Positions 1 through 9,143 of a stretch of DNA of 64,000 nt are shown in pieces; position 1 is the first letter of the stretch, and the number at the start of each line of letters is the position of its first letter. The DNA is from Betaproteobacteria bacterium. GTDB lineage: Bacteria > Pseudomonadota > Gammaproteobacteria > Burkholderiales > JAHFQX01. Location: NCBI GenBank assembly GCA_023259135.1, contig JAHFQX010000012.1, forward strand, positions 111 through 64,110, given 5' to 3'. A model generated the notes under the pieces. It was not told where the DNA came from, made no database searches, and was given only the letters and a program-made list of their open reading frames with translations. The position numbers and the translations under genes were made by a program.

Positions 1-2424
1 CACAAACGGTTTTCCGAGGCACATGTGCCTCGGCCTCATTGAAGCATATGCACTCCCCAAAAAAAACCGTTGACAAGCCAATGTTTTCCGAGGCACATGT
101 GCCTCGGCCTCATTGAAGCAGCAGCGAGCGGAACGCGAGTAATGAAATTCCCTCCGTTTTCCGAGGCACATGTGCCTCGGCCTCATTGAAGCATTTGGGC
201 TTCCTCGATCGCAAACCAAAAATCGGCAGTTTTCCGAGGCACATGTGCCTCGGCCTCATTGAAGCCTGTAGGGAAAACTAGAGTGCCAGGCAAGCTCTTT
301 GTGTTTTCCGAGGCACATGTGCCTCGGCCTCATTGAAGCTTAGCGCACGTCTGCGCTTGGAATCTATTGCCAAACAGTTTTCCGAGGCACATGTGCCTCG
401 GCCTCATTGAAGCAGCGTCACGCTGATTTCTCCACCGACGCCCTCCCATGTTTTCCGAGGCACATGTGCCTCGGCCTCATTGAAGCAATGTCGCTCATGC
501 GGTTACCTCCCTCAGCCGCTCGGTTTTCCGAGGCACATGTGCCTCGGCCTCATTGAAGCGGCCCCGTATTCCCCGACGTGTTCGGGGCGACGAACGTTTT
601 CCGAGGCACATGTGCCTCGGCCTCATTGAAGCCCATGCCGTATCTCCTTATGTTGCGGCGTCAATATGTTTTCCGAGGCACATGTGCCTCGGCCTCATTG
701 AAGCTTTTTCGTCCAACAGCGGAAAACCTTGCTTCGCCAGGTTTTCCGAGGCACATGTGCCTCGGCCTCATTGAAGCGCAATGACATTGGATTTAGACCG
801 ATTCCGGCATTCGTTTTCCGAGGCACATGTGCCTCGGCCTCATTGAAGCTTGTGGTGACTTTGGTGAATCGGCTGGGCGTTGCTTGTTTTCCGAGGCACA
901 TGTGCCTCGGCCTCATTGAAGCGCTGGTGGGTGTACGTGGATGGGCGGTTTCCGTTGGGGTTTTCCGAGGCACATGTGCCTCGGCCTCATTGAAGCGGCA
1001 CCTGGCCGGGTGAGGCGGACGATGGCTTCGAGTTTTCCGAGGCACATGTGCCTCGGCCTCATTGAAGCGACGCATGTTTCCGCATCCAAAAAGAGGCATG
1101 CGAAGTTTTCCGAGGCACATGTGCCTCGGCCTCATTGAAGCGATGTCGGGATCGCGCTCGGCCCGATCATGGGGTTGTTTTCCGAGGCACATGTGCCTCG
1201 GCCTCATTGAAGCCATGCGTTGATGTCACCTTTGATCGGGTCACCACGCGTTTTCCGAGGCACATGTGCCTCGGCCTCATTGAAGCACCTTCTCAGCCTC
1301 GGGCTTGAACTCGCCAAAGCGCGTTTTCCGAGGCACATGTGCCTCGGCCTCATTGAAGCCAGTCGTAGTGTCAATCGACCACTGTCCAGCGCCTGTTTTC
1401 CGAGGCACATGTGCCTCGGCCTCATTGAAGCACTTTTGCGACCGACGCATCCACCGCGGCCAGCAACCGGTTTTCCGAGGCACATGTGCCTCGGCCTCAT
1501 TGAAGCCAGCGCCTGGCGGCCGCCGCGCCGGCGACGGTCGGGGTTTTCCGAGGCACATGTGCCTCGGCCTCATTGAAGCTCGAAGGGATGAAGGAAGTAA
1601 ACAACCGCGTGTTTCAGGGTTTTCCGAGGCACATGTGCCTCGGCCTCATTGAAGCATCTCCTCGCGAGCCTTGGTGGACGAATGACATCTGGGTTTTCCG
1701 AGGCACATGTGCCTCGGCCTCATTGAAGCAGTTTGATGATTACTCATGTATACGTTGCCTTACTAAGTTTTCCGAGGCACATGTGCCTCGGCCTCATTGA
1801 AGCTCATTGTGACGGGAACCCCTGGAACAACGCGAAGTGTGTTTTCCGAGGCACATGTGCCTCGGCCTCATTGAAGCTCCCACATCTCCTCCGGTGTGCA
1901 TTTGGGCAGCGATGTTTTCCGAGGCACATGTGCCTCGGCCTCATTGAAGCTGCTTCTACCATTGGCATTACTACTGGCACAGTCACGTTTTCCGAGGCAC
2001 ATGTGCCTCGGCCTCATTGAAGCTGCTTCTACCATTGGCATTACTACTGGCACAGTCACGTTTTCCGAGGCACATGTGCCTCGGCCTCATTGAAGCAACC
2101 CGCACTCGATGCACGTCGGTCGCGCCACCGGGTTTTCCGAGGCACATGTGCCTCGGCCTCATTGAAGCGAGCTCGAGCGGGGTGCAACTGAATCCCGACA
2201 CCAACGTTTTCCGAGGCACATGTGCCTCGGCCTCATTGAAGCTGATCATGTGCTATCCTTCGAAAACCCATCGTGCGAGCAGCCCCCGCCAGGGCCTCAA
2301 CTCCTACGCACGGGGCGGTCCGGGCGTGGCGGCGTCCGGATTAGCTTTTCCCCCTCACATACAGCCTAACCCCGGTACGACTGCGCCGTTTTCCGAGGCA
2401 CATGTGCCTCGGCCTCATTGAAGC
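1..2424 (+). CRISPR. CRISPR array (partial, continues beyond the left edge): 32 copies of a 37-nt repeat with 35-39 nt spacers
   Basis: The repeat GTTTTCCGAGGCACATGTGCCTCGGCCTCATTGAAGC was located by eye at 9, 83, 156, 229, 303, 377, 450, 523, 596, 668, 741, 813, 886, 960, 1032, 1105, 1177, 1250, 1323, 1395, 1470, 1543, 1619, 1693, 1767, 1841, 1914, 1987, 2060, 2132, 2206 and 2388. I saw no repeat variants. The core CCGAGGCACATGTGCCTCGG is a perfect palindrome (8-bp stem, CATG loop). The 3' end ATTGAAGC resembles the ATTGAAA(C/G) 8-nt crRNA handle of Cas6-processed type I/III repeats, which points to + strand transcription with the leader off the left edge. Confidence 0.97.
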
Positions 2425-2538
2425 TGGTATCCTCCCAAAAACTAGCGTAGGTGAGATTCGGTCCGGCTGGTGACCCGCGGGGCGCCATGGGCCTGCTTTG
2501 AAAGATTGTCCGGTAAAACCTCAACATGACCGATTCCC

Positions 2539-4509
2539 GTGATTACTCTTAAAAACGTCACCCTGCGCCGTAACGCCAAGGTGTTGCTCGACGGGGCCTC
2601 CGTCACCCTTAACCCCGGCGAAAAGGTGGGCCTGGTGGGCCGCAACGGCGCTGGCAAGTCTTCGCTGTTTGCCCTGCTCAACGGCACGCTGCATGAAGAT
2701 GCGGGCGAGTGTTACATCCCCACCCAATGGCGCATGGGAGAAGTGGCGCAGGACATGCCCGAAACCGACCAAAGCGCCACCGACTTCGTGGTGGACGGCG
2801 ACACGACGCTGCTGGCCGCGCAACAGGAAGTCGCGGCGGCCGAGGCCACCGACGACTATAACCGCCTGGCCCACGCCTACATGGCGCTGCAGGACGCCGG
2901 CGCGCACGACGCCCGCGCCCGCGCCCAGGCGTTGATCCTGGGCCTGGGTTTCAAAACCACCGAGTTGACCAGCCCGGTCAACAGCTTCTCGGGTGGCTGG
3001 CGCATGCGCCTGCAGTTGGCCCGCGCGCTGATGTGCCCGTCAGACCTGCTGCTGCTGGACGAGCCGACCAACCACTTGGACCTGGATGCGCTGGTGTGGC
3101 TGGAGACCTGGCTCAAGCGGTATGAGGGGACCATGATCGTCATCAGCCACGACCGCGAGTTTCTGGATGCGGTGACCCATGTCACCCTGCATATCGACGC
3201 CGCAAAATTAGTGCGCTACGGCGGCAACTACAGCAAGTTTGAGGACCTGCGCGCCGAGCAGATGACGCTGCGGCAAAATGCCTTTGCCAAGCAACAGGAG
3301 AAAATTGCCCACCTGCAAAAGTTCATCGCGCGTTTCAAGGCCAAGGCCAGCAAGGCCAAACAGGCGCAAAGCCGGGTCAAGGCGCTGGACCGCATGGAGA
3401 AAATCGCGCCGCTGTTGGCGGATGCCGACTTCACCTTCGAATTCAGGGAGCCAGCCAACTTGCCTAACCCCATGCTGTCGATGCAGGAAGCAAGTTTTGG
3501 CTACCCGGCCCCCGCGGGCAGCCCGTCGGGCACGTCCCCCACCGTGATCGTGCAAAGCGTCAGTCGCTCGGTGCTGGCTGGCCAGCGCATCGGCATTCTG
3601 GGCGCCAACGGGCAAGGCAAGTCAACCCTGGTGAAGACCATTGCGCGGGTCCTGCAGCCCACGAGCGGCGAGATCACCGAGGGCAAGGGTCTGAACGTCG
3701 GTTATTTTGCCCAGCAGGAACTGGATGTGCTGCGCCTGGCCGACACTCCGCTAGAGCACATGATTCGACTGGTCAAGGAGATGGCCGCGACCGGAAAAAT
3801 GGCCGGGCAGGCGACGCGGGAACAAGACCTGCGCGGCTTTCTGGGCACCTTCAATTTTGGCGGCGACATGGTCAAGCAGGCCGTGGGCAGCATGAGTGGC
3901 GGCGAAAAAGCGCGACTGGTGCTGTGCATGATTGTGTGGCAACGCCCCAACCTGCTGCTGCTGGACGAGCCCACCAACCACCTGGACCTGGCGACGCGCG
4001 AAGCGCTGAGCATGGCGCTGAACGAATTTGAAGGCACCGTGATGCTGGTCAGCCACGACCGCGCCTTGCTGCGCGCCGTGTGCGATGAATTCTGGATGGT
4101 CTCGCACGGCGGCGTGGCGCCGTTTGACGGTGATCTGGATGACTATCAGCGCTACCTGCTCGACGAAGCCAAGCGGCAACGGGAAGCCATCAGGGAGGCC
4201 GGCAAAAACTCAGCCCCGGTCGAACGCACAGCCCTTGCGGCAGCGCCCGCATCGGTTGCGCGGCGTAACGCCAAAGCCGCGCCACCCGGCGATGCTCGCT
4301 CGCTCAAGCGTGAACTGGAAAAGTTGGAGGCGCGCATGGCCGTGCTCAACGGCGAAGGCGCAGCGCTGGAAGCCCATCTGTGTGCATCGCCTTCCCCCGT
4401 GGAAATGGCCGAACTCGGAAAGCGCCTGAAAGCCGTCAACGATGAATTGCAAAGCCTGGAAGACCGGTGGCTGGCGGTGTCGGATAAGATGGAAGCGCTG
4501 ACGGCTTGA
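2539..4509 (+). CDS. ABC-F family ATPase (YheS/Uup-like; two ABC domains with a linker and a coiled-coil C-terminal tail)
   Basis: 656-aa ORF with a GTG start. Two Walker A motifs (GRNGAGKSS, GANGQGKST) and two signature/Walker B regions (LSGGWRMRL..LLLDEPTNHLD, MSGGEKARL..LLLDEPTNHLD). No transmembrane domain. Confidence 0.9.
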   Translation: MITLKNVTLRRNAKVLLDGASVTLNPGEKVGLVGRNGAGKSSLFALLNGTLHEDAGECYIPTQWRMGEVAQDMPETDQSATDFVVDGDTTLLAAQQEVAAAEATDDYNRLAHAYMALQDAGAHDARARAQALILGLGFKTTELTSPVNSFSGGWRMRLQLARALMCPSDLLLLDEPTNHLDLDALVWLETWLKRYEGTMIVISHDREFLDAVTHVTLHIDAAKLVRYGGNYSKFEDLRAEQMTLRQNAFAKQQEKIAHLQKFIARFKAKASKAKQAQSRVKALDRMEKIAPLLADADFTFEFREPANLPNPMLSMQEASFGYPAPAGSPSGTSPTVIVQSVSRSVLAGQRIGILGANGQGKSTLVKTIARVLQPTSGEITEGKGLNVGYFAQQELDVLRLADTPLEHMIRLVKEMAATGKMAGQATREQDLRGFLGTFNFGGDMVKQAVGSMSGGEKARLVLCMIVWQRPNLLLLDEPTNHLDLATREALSMALNEFEGTVMLVSHDRALLRAVCDEFWMVSHGGVAPFDGDLDDYQRYLLDEAKRQREAIREAGKNSAPVERTALAAAPASVARRNAKAAPPGDARSLKRELEKLEARMAVLNGEGAALEAHLCASPSPVEMAELGKRLKAVNDELQSLEDRWLAVSDKMEALTA

Positions 4510-4762
4510 TCCTATCCGGCTGGCGCTCAACCAGAATCAGCCATTGGGCAATTCACGCCGCGGTGCCCGTAGCATTGGACAAACATGCGCCCAGAGTCTC
4601 CGAGCGAATTGGACACCACGCTTCGAGGTCATTGCCTGCATTGCCGGCTGGGGTTTCAAGGTACGGCGCGAGGATATGAAGAGGCTGTTGCCTTCCACGC
4701 GCGGCAAAGTATTCACTCTTCACAATTTCGACCGTTGCCAACCCGCTCGGCAAGAAACGGCG

Positions 4763-4792
4763 TTGACTTACCGAAAAGCGGCGAAATATACT
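4763..4792 (+). promoter_or_regulatory. Candidate sigma70 promoter for the acyl-CoA cluster
   Basis: TTGACT (4763-4768), an 18-nt spacer, then TATACT (4787-4792). It lies about 190 nt upstream of the ATG at 4979 in a 470-nt non-coding gap. Confidence 0.35.
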
Positions 4793-4978
4793 ATCCGGTA
4801 GGAGGAGTATCCATCGGGCCGGCGCGAGGCGCCATCTCTTGCCGCGGATCTTGCGGCGCAGCGATAGACTGTAAAAGCTCCCGCAGTTGCCCCGTCGCCA
4901 GTCGGTCTTCTTGCAAGAAGACGCGACGCCGACGAATTCCGCAGCGGTTTTTTGGCATTCTGTTAAAGATAAGGGATC

Positions 4979-6178
4979 ATGGACGAAGCTTGGCTCGTGG
5001 AGTGTTTCAATCGCCAATTGGAGCGGGCCGCCGCCCATCCTTTTTACCGCCGCATATGGGGCCAAGACCTGCCCCGTGTCGAGAGCGTGGCGGCATTTTC
5101 CCGGGTGCCCCCGGTGCCCTGCGGCGCTTTCGCCGAGGATGCTTTTGACACCGACGCGCCGCGTGGCGCTTTTTTCAACCGTGGCGTGGCCCGCATCAAT
5201 CTTACGCCTTCCGGCCGGGGCCTGCGCCCCATCTATTTCAGCCGCCACGATCTTGCGGTGATGCGCCGGATCAACGCCGATTTGCTGCGCCGCGCCGGCA
5301 TCACCGAGGACGACGTGGCCATCACCACCTTGAGCTACAGCCTGCTGCCGGCCGGGCTCATGATCCAGGATGCCTTCGAGGAGCTCGGCGCCAAGATTAT
5401 TCCCGTCGGCCCCGGCGACAGCGAGCGCACCGTGGAATTGATGAAGAATTGGAAAGTCACGGTGGTGTACGGCAATCCCTCCTTTACGATCAAGCTCGCC
5501 GAGCAGGGCGCCCCGCCCATCCGGGTGCTGGTGGCCGGCGGCGAGCCTTTTTCCGCGGTGCCCGGCTACAAGGACGCGGTGCGCCGCGCCCTGGGCCAAG
5601 ACGTCATCTTGATCGAATCCTACGGCATGGCCGAATCCGGCCCCATCGCCCGGGAGTGCCGCTATCAGAACGGGCTGCACGTGGCGGAGGATTATGTGCA
5701 TCTAGAAATCGTCGACCCCGCCGACGGGACGCCTTTGCCCCTGGGAGAAGTGGGAGAAGTGGTGGTGACCCATTTGGACAAGGAGGCCATGCCCCTGGTG
5801 CGCTATCGCACCGGCGACCTGTCCGCCCTAGGCCGCGTGGATTGCCCCTGCGGCCGCAGCCTGACCCTGGTGGGAGGCATCCGCGGTCGGGCCGACCAGA
5901 TGAAGAAGGTCAAAGGGGTGAAGCTCTATCCCGCCCAGGTTCGGGCCTTGTTGGACAGCTTGCCGGAAACCCGGGGGCGAGCCTTCCGCCTGCGGCTGCA
6001 AGAAGCGAGCGCCGGCACGGCCCAGACCCTTGCCCTGATTCTGGAAGGCCCCCCCTTGGCACAAGCGGCACTGGACGCCTTGCAGGCCCTGTTCCGCAAG
6101 CGGATTCTGATCGTTCCCAACGAAGTGCTGACCCAAGAAAAATTGGCGGCGGGTCCGGTGTGGGATACTCATGGGTAA
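4979..6178 (+). CDS. Phenylacetate-CoA ligase (PaaK)/coenzyme F390 synthetase family adenylate-forming enzyme, divergent
   Basis: 399 aa. PaaK-like layout (FYRRIW.., YGMAE, RYRTGD, GRADQMKKVKGVKLYP). The P-loop position reads TPSGRGLRP instead of the canonical SSGTTGKPT. Confidence 0.7.
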   Translation: MDEAWLVECFNRQLERAAAHPFYRRIWGQDLPRVESVAAFSRVPPVPCGAFAEDAFDTDAPRGAFFNRGVARINLTPSGRGLRPIYFSRHDLAVMRRINADLLRRAGITEDDVAITTLSYSLLPAGLMIQDAFEELGAKIIPVGPGDSERTVELMKNWKVTVVYGNPSFTIKLAEQGAPPIRVLVAGGEPFSAVPGYKDAVRRALGQDVILIESYGMAESGPIARECRYQNGLHVAEDYVHLEIVDPADGTPLPLGEVGEVVVTHLDKEAMPLVRYRTGDLSALGRVDCPCGRSLTLVGGIRGRADQMKKVKGVKLYPAQVRALLDSLPETRGRAFRLRLQEASAGTAQTLALILEGPPLAQAALDALQALFRKRILIVPNEVLTQEKLAAGPVWDTHG

Positions 6179-6235
6179 CCCAGGATGGGGGCAGTCCGGC
6201 TGTCAAATTACATTCGTTAAAGGAGTGGGAGCGGC

Positions 6236-6715
6236 ATGAACCCAAAGCAACCCACCCGGCACGGGAGCGCGGAACCGCTCTGGCTGGATCGGATCAAGCC
6301 CGGCATGCGCCTGCCGCTCCCGGAAATCGACTGTACCGCCGAATTGGTGGCCGGCTACGCCGAGCTGCTGGATGCCAAGCATCCCATCCATGTGGACCCG
6401 GAATACGCGAAACAAACCCGCTTCGGCCGGCTTATCGCCCACGGGCCCCTGATCATCGCCAAGTCCCTGGGGATGCTGGGGGAGGTGTTCGGCGAGGCGC
6501 TGCAAGTCATGCTGGATGTGGGCGAATGGCGGTTCTACGGGCCGGTGTTCGTCGGCGACAAGGTGCGGCTGGAGTGTTTCGTGGTGGATGTGAACGCCCC
6601 CAAGGGAAGCTCATCGGGCGCCGTGCGGCTGGAGATCCGCGTCATGGCCGGGGACGGCGGCCTCGCCCAGCGCGGCACGGCCAGCGTGCTGCTGAGCCGC
6701 AAGCCGAAAGCCTGA
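6236..6715 (+). CDS. MaoC-like (R)-specific enoyl-CoA hydratase, single hotdog fold
   Basis: 159 aa with the motif HPIHVDPEYAKQTRFGRLIAHGPL. AAGGAG ribosome-binding site upstream. Confidence 0.8.
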   Translation: MNPKQPTRHGSAEPLWLDRIKPGMRLPLPEIDCTAELVAGYAELLDAKHPIHVDPEYAKQTRFGRLIAHGPLIIAKSLGMLGEVFGEALQVMLDVGEWRFYGPVFVGDKVRLECFVVDVNAPKGSSSGAVRLEIRVMAGDGGLAQRGTASVLLSRKPKA

Positions 6716-6758
6716 CGTTTTGTGCCGTACATCCGATTGACCAGGAGAGCAACGCGAC

Positions 6759-7919
6759 ATGAGCCAGAACACCGCTAGGCCGGTTCCCAAGAATAGCGTC
6801 GATCGCGAGGCCTTTCGCGACATGTGCCGCAAATTCGCACAAAAGGAAATCGGTCCCCGCTGGCAGCAGGCGGACAAGGAGTCCAAGTTTCCCATGGAGT
6901 TCTATCATGCGGCTTGCAAGGCGGGATTGATCGGCCTGCATGCTCCGGAATCCCTGGGCGGAGCCGGCTTGGGCGTGACCGAGGAGGCCATCTCCATCGA
7001 GGAGCAGGCCAAGGTCAACCCCAATCTTGCCGTCATGGCGCTGATCCAAGGGGTGGCCGGTTCGCTGTTGTGGGAACACGGCAATGACGGCCACCATCAG
7101 ATCGCCAAGGCGAACAATGCCGGTGAATGCCTGTTGGCCCTGGCGGTGACCGAGCCGGAAGCCGGCAGCGACGTGCAAAGCATTAAAACCACGGCTAAGC
7201 GCGAAGGCGACCAGTGGGTGCTGGACGGTACCAAATCCTTCATTACCTTGGCGGGCGATTGCGACACCCTCTTGGTCCTAGCTCGCACCGATCCCGCCAA
7301 GGGACGCCACGGCATGCATTTCTTCGCGGTGGATCGCCGGACCCCGGGGGTGCAGACTTCCCAGATCAAAACCTATGCCAACCGGCCGCTGCCGACTTAC
7401 CGGGTGATGTTCAATAACGCCAAGGTGCCCGAATCGCGCCGTTTGGGGGCCGGTTTCGGGGCCATCATGGCGGGCTTCAACCGGGAGCGGGTGATGGTCT
7501 GCGCCCGCTGGCTGGGCCACATGCAAACGACGCTGGCCTGGGCATTGGACTATGCCAAGGTGCGCCAGCAATTCGGCAAGCCCATCGGCGCCAACCAGAG
7601 CATCGCCTTCCAGTTGGCCCAAGGCCACGTCGACGTGGAAGCGTCGCGGCTCTACACCTACCATGCCGCGAGCCGCTGGGACAGCGGCGCGCCCATCCAG
7701 GATATTATCCTCGACGTGTCCTCGGCCAAGCTGTTCGTCACCCAAGCGGTGTACCGAGTGACCCAGTCAGCGCTGCACATCGGCGGCGGCTGGGGCATCA
7801 CCGAGGAACTGCCGGTGATGCGCATGGCGCTGGACGCCCTGGTGGCGCCGGTGACGGTGGGGGCCTACGAGATTCAGTTGCGGGTCATCGCCAAGCAGTT
7901 GCAACTGCCGGTGGATTGA
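6759..7919 (+). CDS. Acyl-CoA dehydrogenase (tandem copy 1)
   Basis: 386 aa. ACAD motifs AVTEPEAGSD, GFNRER and GGWG. The C-terminal motif VTVGAYEIQ aligns to IYEGTxEIQ, so the Glu base is of the IVD type (in RER). Confidence 0.88.
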   Translation: MSQNTARPVPKNSVDREAFRDMCRKFAQKEIGPRWQQADKESKFPMEFYHAACKAGLIGLHAPESLGGAGLGVTEEAISIEEQAKVNPNLAVMALIQGVAGSLLWEHGNDGHHQIAKANNAGECLLALAVTEPEAGSDVQSIKTTAKREGDQWVLDGTKSFITLAGDCDTLLVLARTDPAKGRHGMHFFAVDRRTPGVQTSQIKTYANRPLPTYRVMFNNAKVPESRRLGAGFGAIMAGFNRERVMVCARWLGHMQTTLAWALDYAKVRQQFGKPIGANQSIAFQLAQGHVDVEASRLYTYHAASRWDSGAPIQDIILDVSSAKLFVTQAVYRVTQSALHIGGGWGITEELPVMRMALDALVAPVTVGAYEIQLRVIAKQLQLPVD

Positions 7920-7950
7920 CCCGCAATTCATCATACGGGAGAGACGCAAC

Positions 7951-9108
7951 ATGGAACCAGCAGCAAGGCGGAGCGCCAAGAACAGTGTTGACCGCGAAGC
8001 GTTTCGCGACATGTGCCGCAAATTCGCGCAAGTCGAAATGGGCTCGCGCTGGCAAGCAGCCGACCGGGAATCCAAGTTTCCCATGGAGCTTTATCATGCC
8101 GCCGCCAAGGCGGGGCTGATCGGCTTGCACGCTCCCGAGTCCCTGGGCGGGGCGGAGCTGGGCGTCACCGAGGAAGCGATCGCGGTGGAAGAGTACGCCA
8201 AGGTGAATCCGAATTTCGCCATCATGCCGGTGATCCAGGGGGTGGCCGGAGGCTTGCTCTGGGATTTCGGCAACGAGGGGCATCATCAATTGGCCCGGGC
8301 CAACAATGCCGGAGAATGCCTTTTGGCCATCGCCGTCACCGAGCCGGAAGCCGGCAGCGACGTGCAAAGCATTAAAACCACGGCTAAGCGCGAGGGCGAC
8401 GAGTGGGTATTGGACGGCATCAAAGCCTTCATCACCCTGGGGGGCGATTGCGACGTGCTCATGGTGCTGGCCCGCACCGATCCGACCAAGGGACGCCATG
8501 GCATGCACTTCTTCGCGGTGGATCGTAGGACCCCCGGGGTACAGACTTCCCAGATCAAGACCTATGCCAACCGCCCCATGCCGACCTACCGCGTCAGCTT
8601 TAACGGCGCCCGGGTTCCGGAAAGCCGCCGGCTGGAGGCCGGTTTCGGGGCCATCATGGCGGGCTTCAACCGGGAGCGGGTGATGGTCTGCGCCCGCTGG
8701 CTGGGCCACATGCAAACGGCGCTGGCCTGGGCATTGGACTATGCCAAGGTGCGCCAGCAATTCGGCAAGCCCATCGGCGCCAACCAGAGCATCGCCTTCC
8801 AGTTGGCCCAAGGCCACGTCGACGTGGAAGCGTCGCGGCTCTACACCTACCATGCCGCGAGCCGCTGGGACAGCGGCGCGCCCATCCAGGATATTATCCT
8901 CGACGTGTCCTCGGCCAAGCTGTTCGTCACCCAAGCGGTGTACCGAGTGACCCAGTCAGCGCTGCACATCGGCGGCGGCTGGGGCATCACCGAGGAACTG
9001 CCGGTGATGCGCATGGCGCTGGACGCCCTGGTGGCGCCGGTGACGGTGGGGGCCTACGAGATTCAGTTGCGGGTCATCGCGAAACAGCTTGGGTTGCCGT
9101 GCGATTAA
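7951..9108 (+). CDS. Acyl-CoA dehydrogenase (tandem copy 2, paralog of 6759-7919)
   Basis: 385 aa. About 85% identical to copy 1 in the N-terminal half and essentially identical in the C-terminal 150 aa. Confidence 0.88.
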   Translation: MEPAARRSAKNSVDREAFRDMCRKFAQVEMGSRWQAADRESKFPMELYHAAAKAGLIGLHAPESLGGAELGVTEEAIAVEEYAKVNPNFAIMPVIQGVAGGLLWDFGNEGHHQLARANNAGECLLAIAVTEPEAGSDVQSIKTTAKREGDEWVLDGIKAFITLGGDCDVLMVLARTDPTKGRHGMHFFAVDRRTPGVQTSQIKTYANRPMPTYRVSFNGARVPESRRLEAGFGAIMAGFNRERVMVCARWLGHMQTALAWALDYAKVRQQFGKPIGANQSIAFQLAQGHVDVEASRLYTYHAASRWDSGAPIQDIILDVSSAKLFVTQAVYRVTQSALHIGGGWGITEELPVMRMALDALVAPVTVGAYEIQLRVIAKQLGLPCD

Positions 9109-9143
9109 GTTGCCGTGTAATGAATGAATGAAGGAGGAGTGAG

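Noticed and set aside
2344-2380. Possible degenerate CRISPR repeat (GCTTTTCCCCCTCACATACAGCCTAAC...) within the 145-bp segment.
   Set aside because: Only about half the positions match, with one indel. It would leave a 7-nt spacer before the terminal repeat and a roughly 100-nt spacer before itself. The evidence is too weak to call.
553-2421. About 20 listed ORFs (60-173 aa) on both strands inside the first 2.4 kb, with recurring peptides such as FPRHMCLGLIEA, VFRGTCASASLK and [10 protein letters not shown].
   Set aside because: They are translations of the 37-nt CRISPR repeat in different frames, joined through spacers. They are not genes.
4510-4978. Small ORFs (4544-4801, 4585-5148, 4887-5261) and a CCGCAGCGG-TTTTTT motif in the leader region.
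   Set aside because: The ORFs have no start context or motifs and overlap each other. The hairpin has only a 4-bp stem and a 1-nt loop, so it is not a credible terminator.
5449-6762. A 437-aa + strand ORF spanning the ligase and MaoC genes, and similar + strand overlapping ORFs at 14682-15347, 22286-22864, 23245-24348, 26583-27374 and 34490-35680.
   Set aside because: They are out of frame with well-supported genes and have Arg/Pro/Gly-rich composition. Where the 3' part was a real gene (15348, 22865), only that part was kept.
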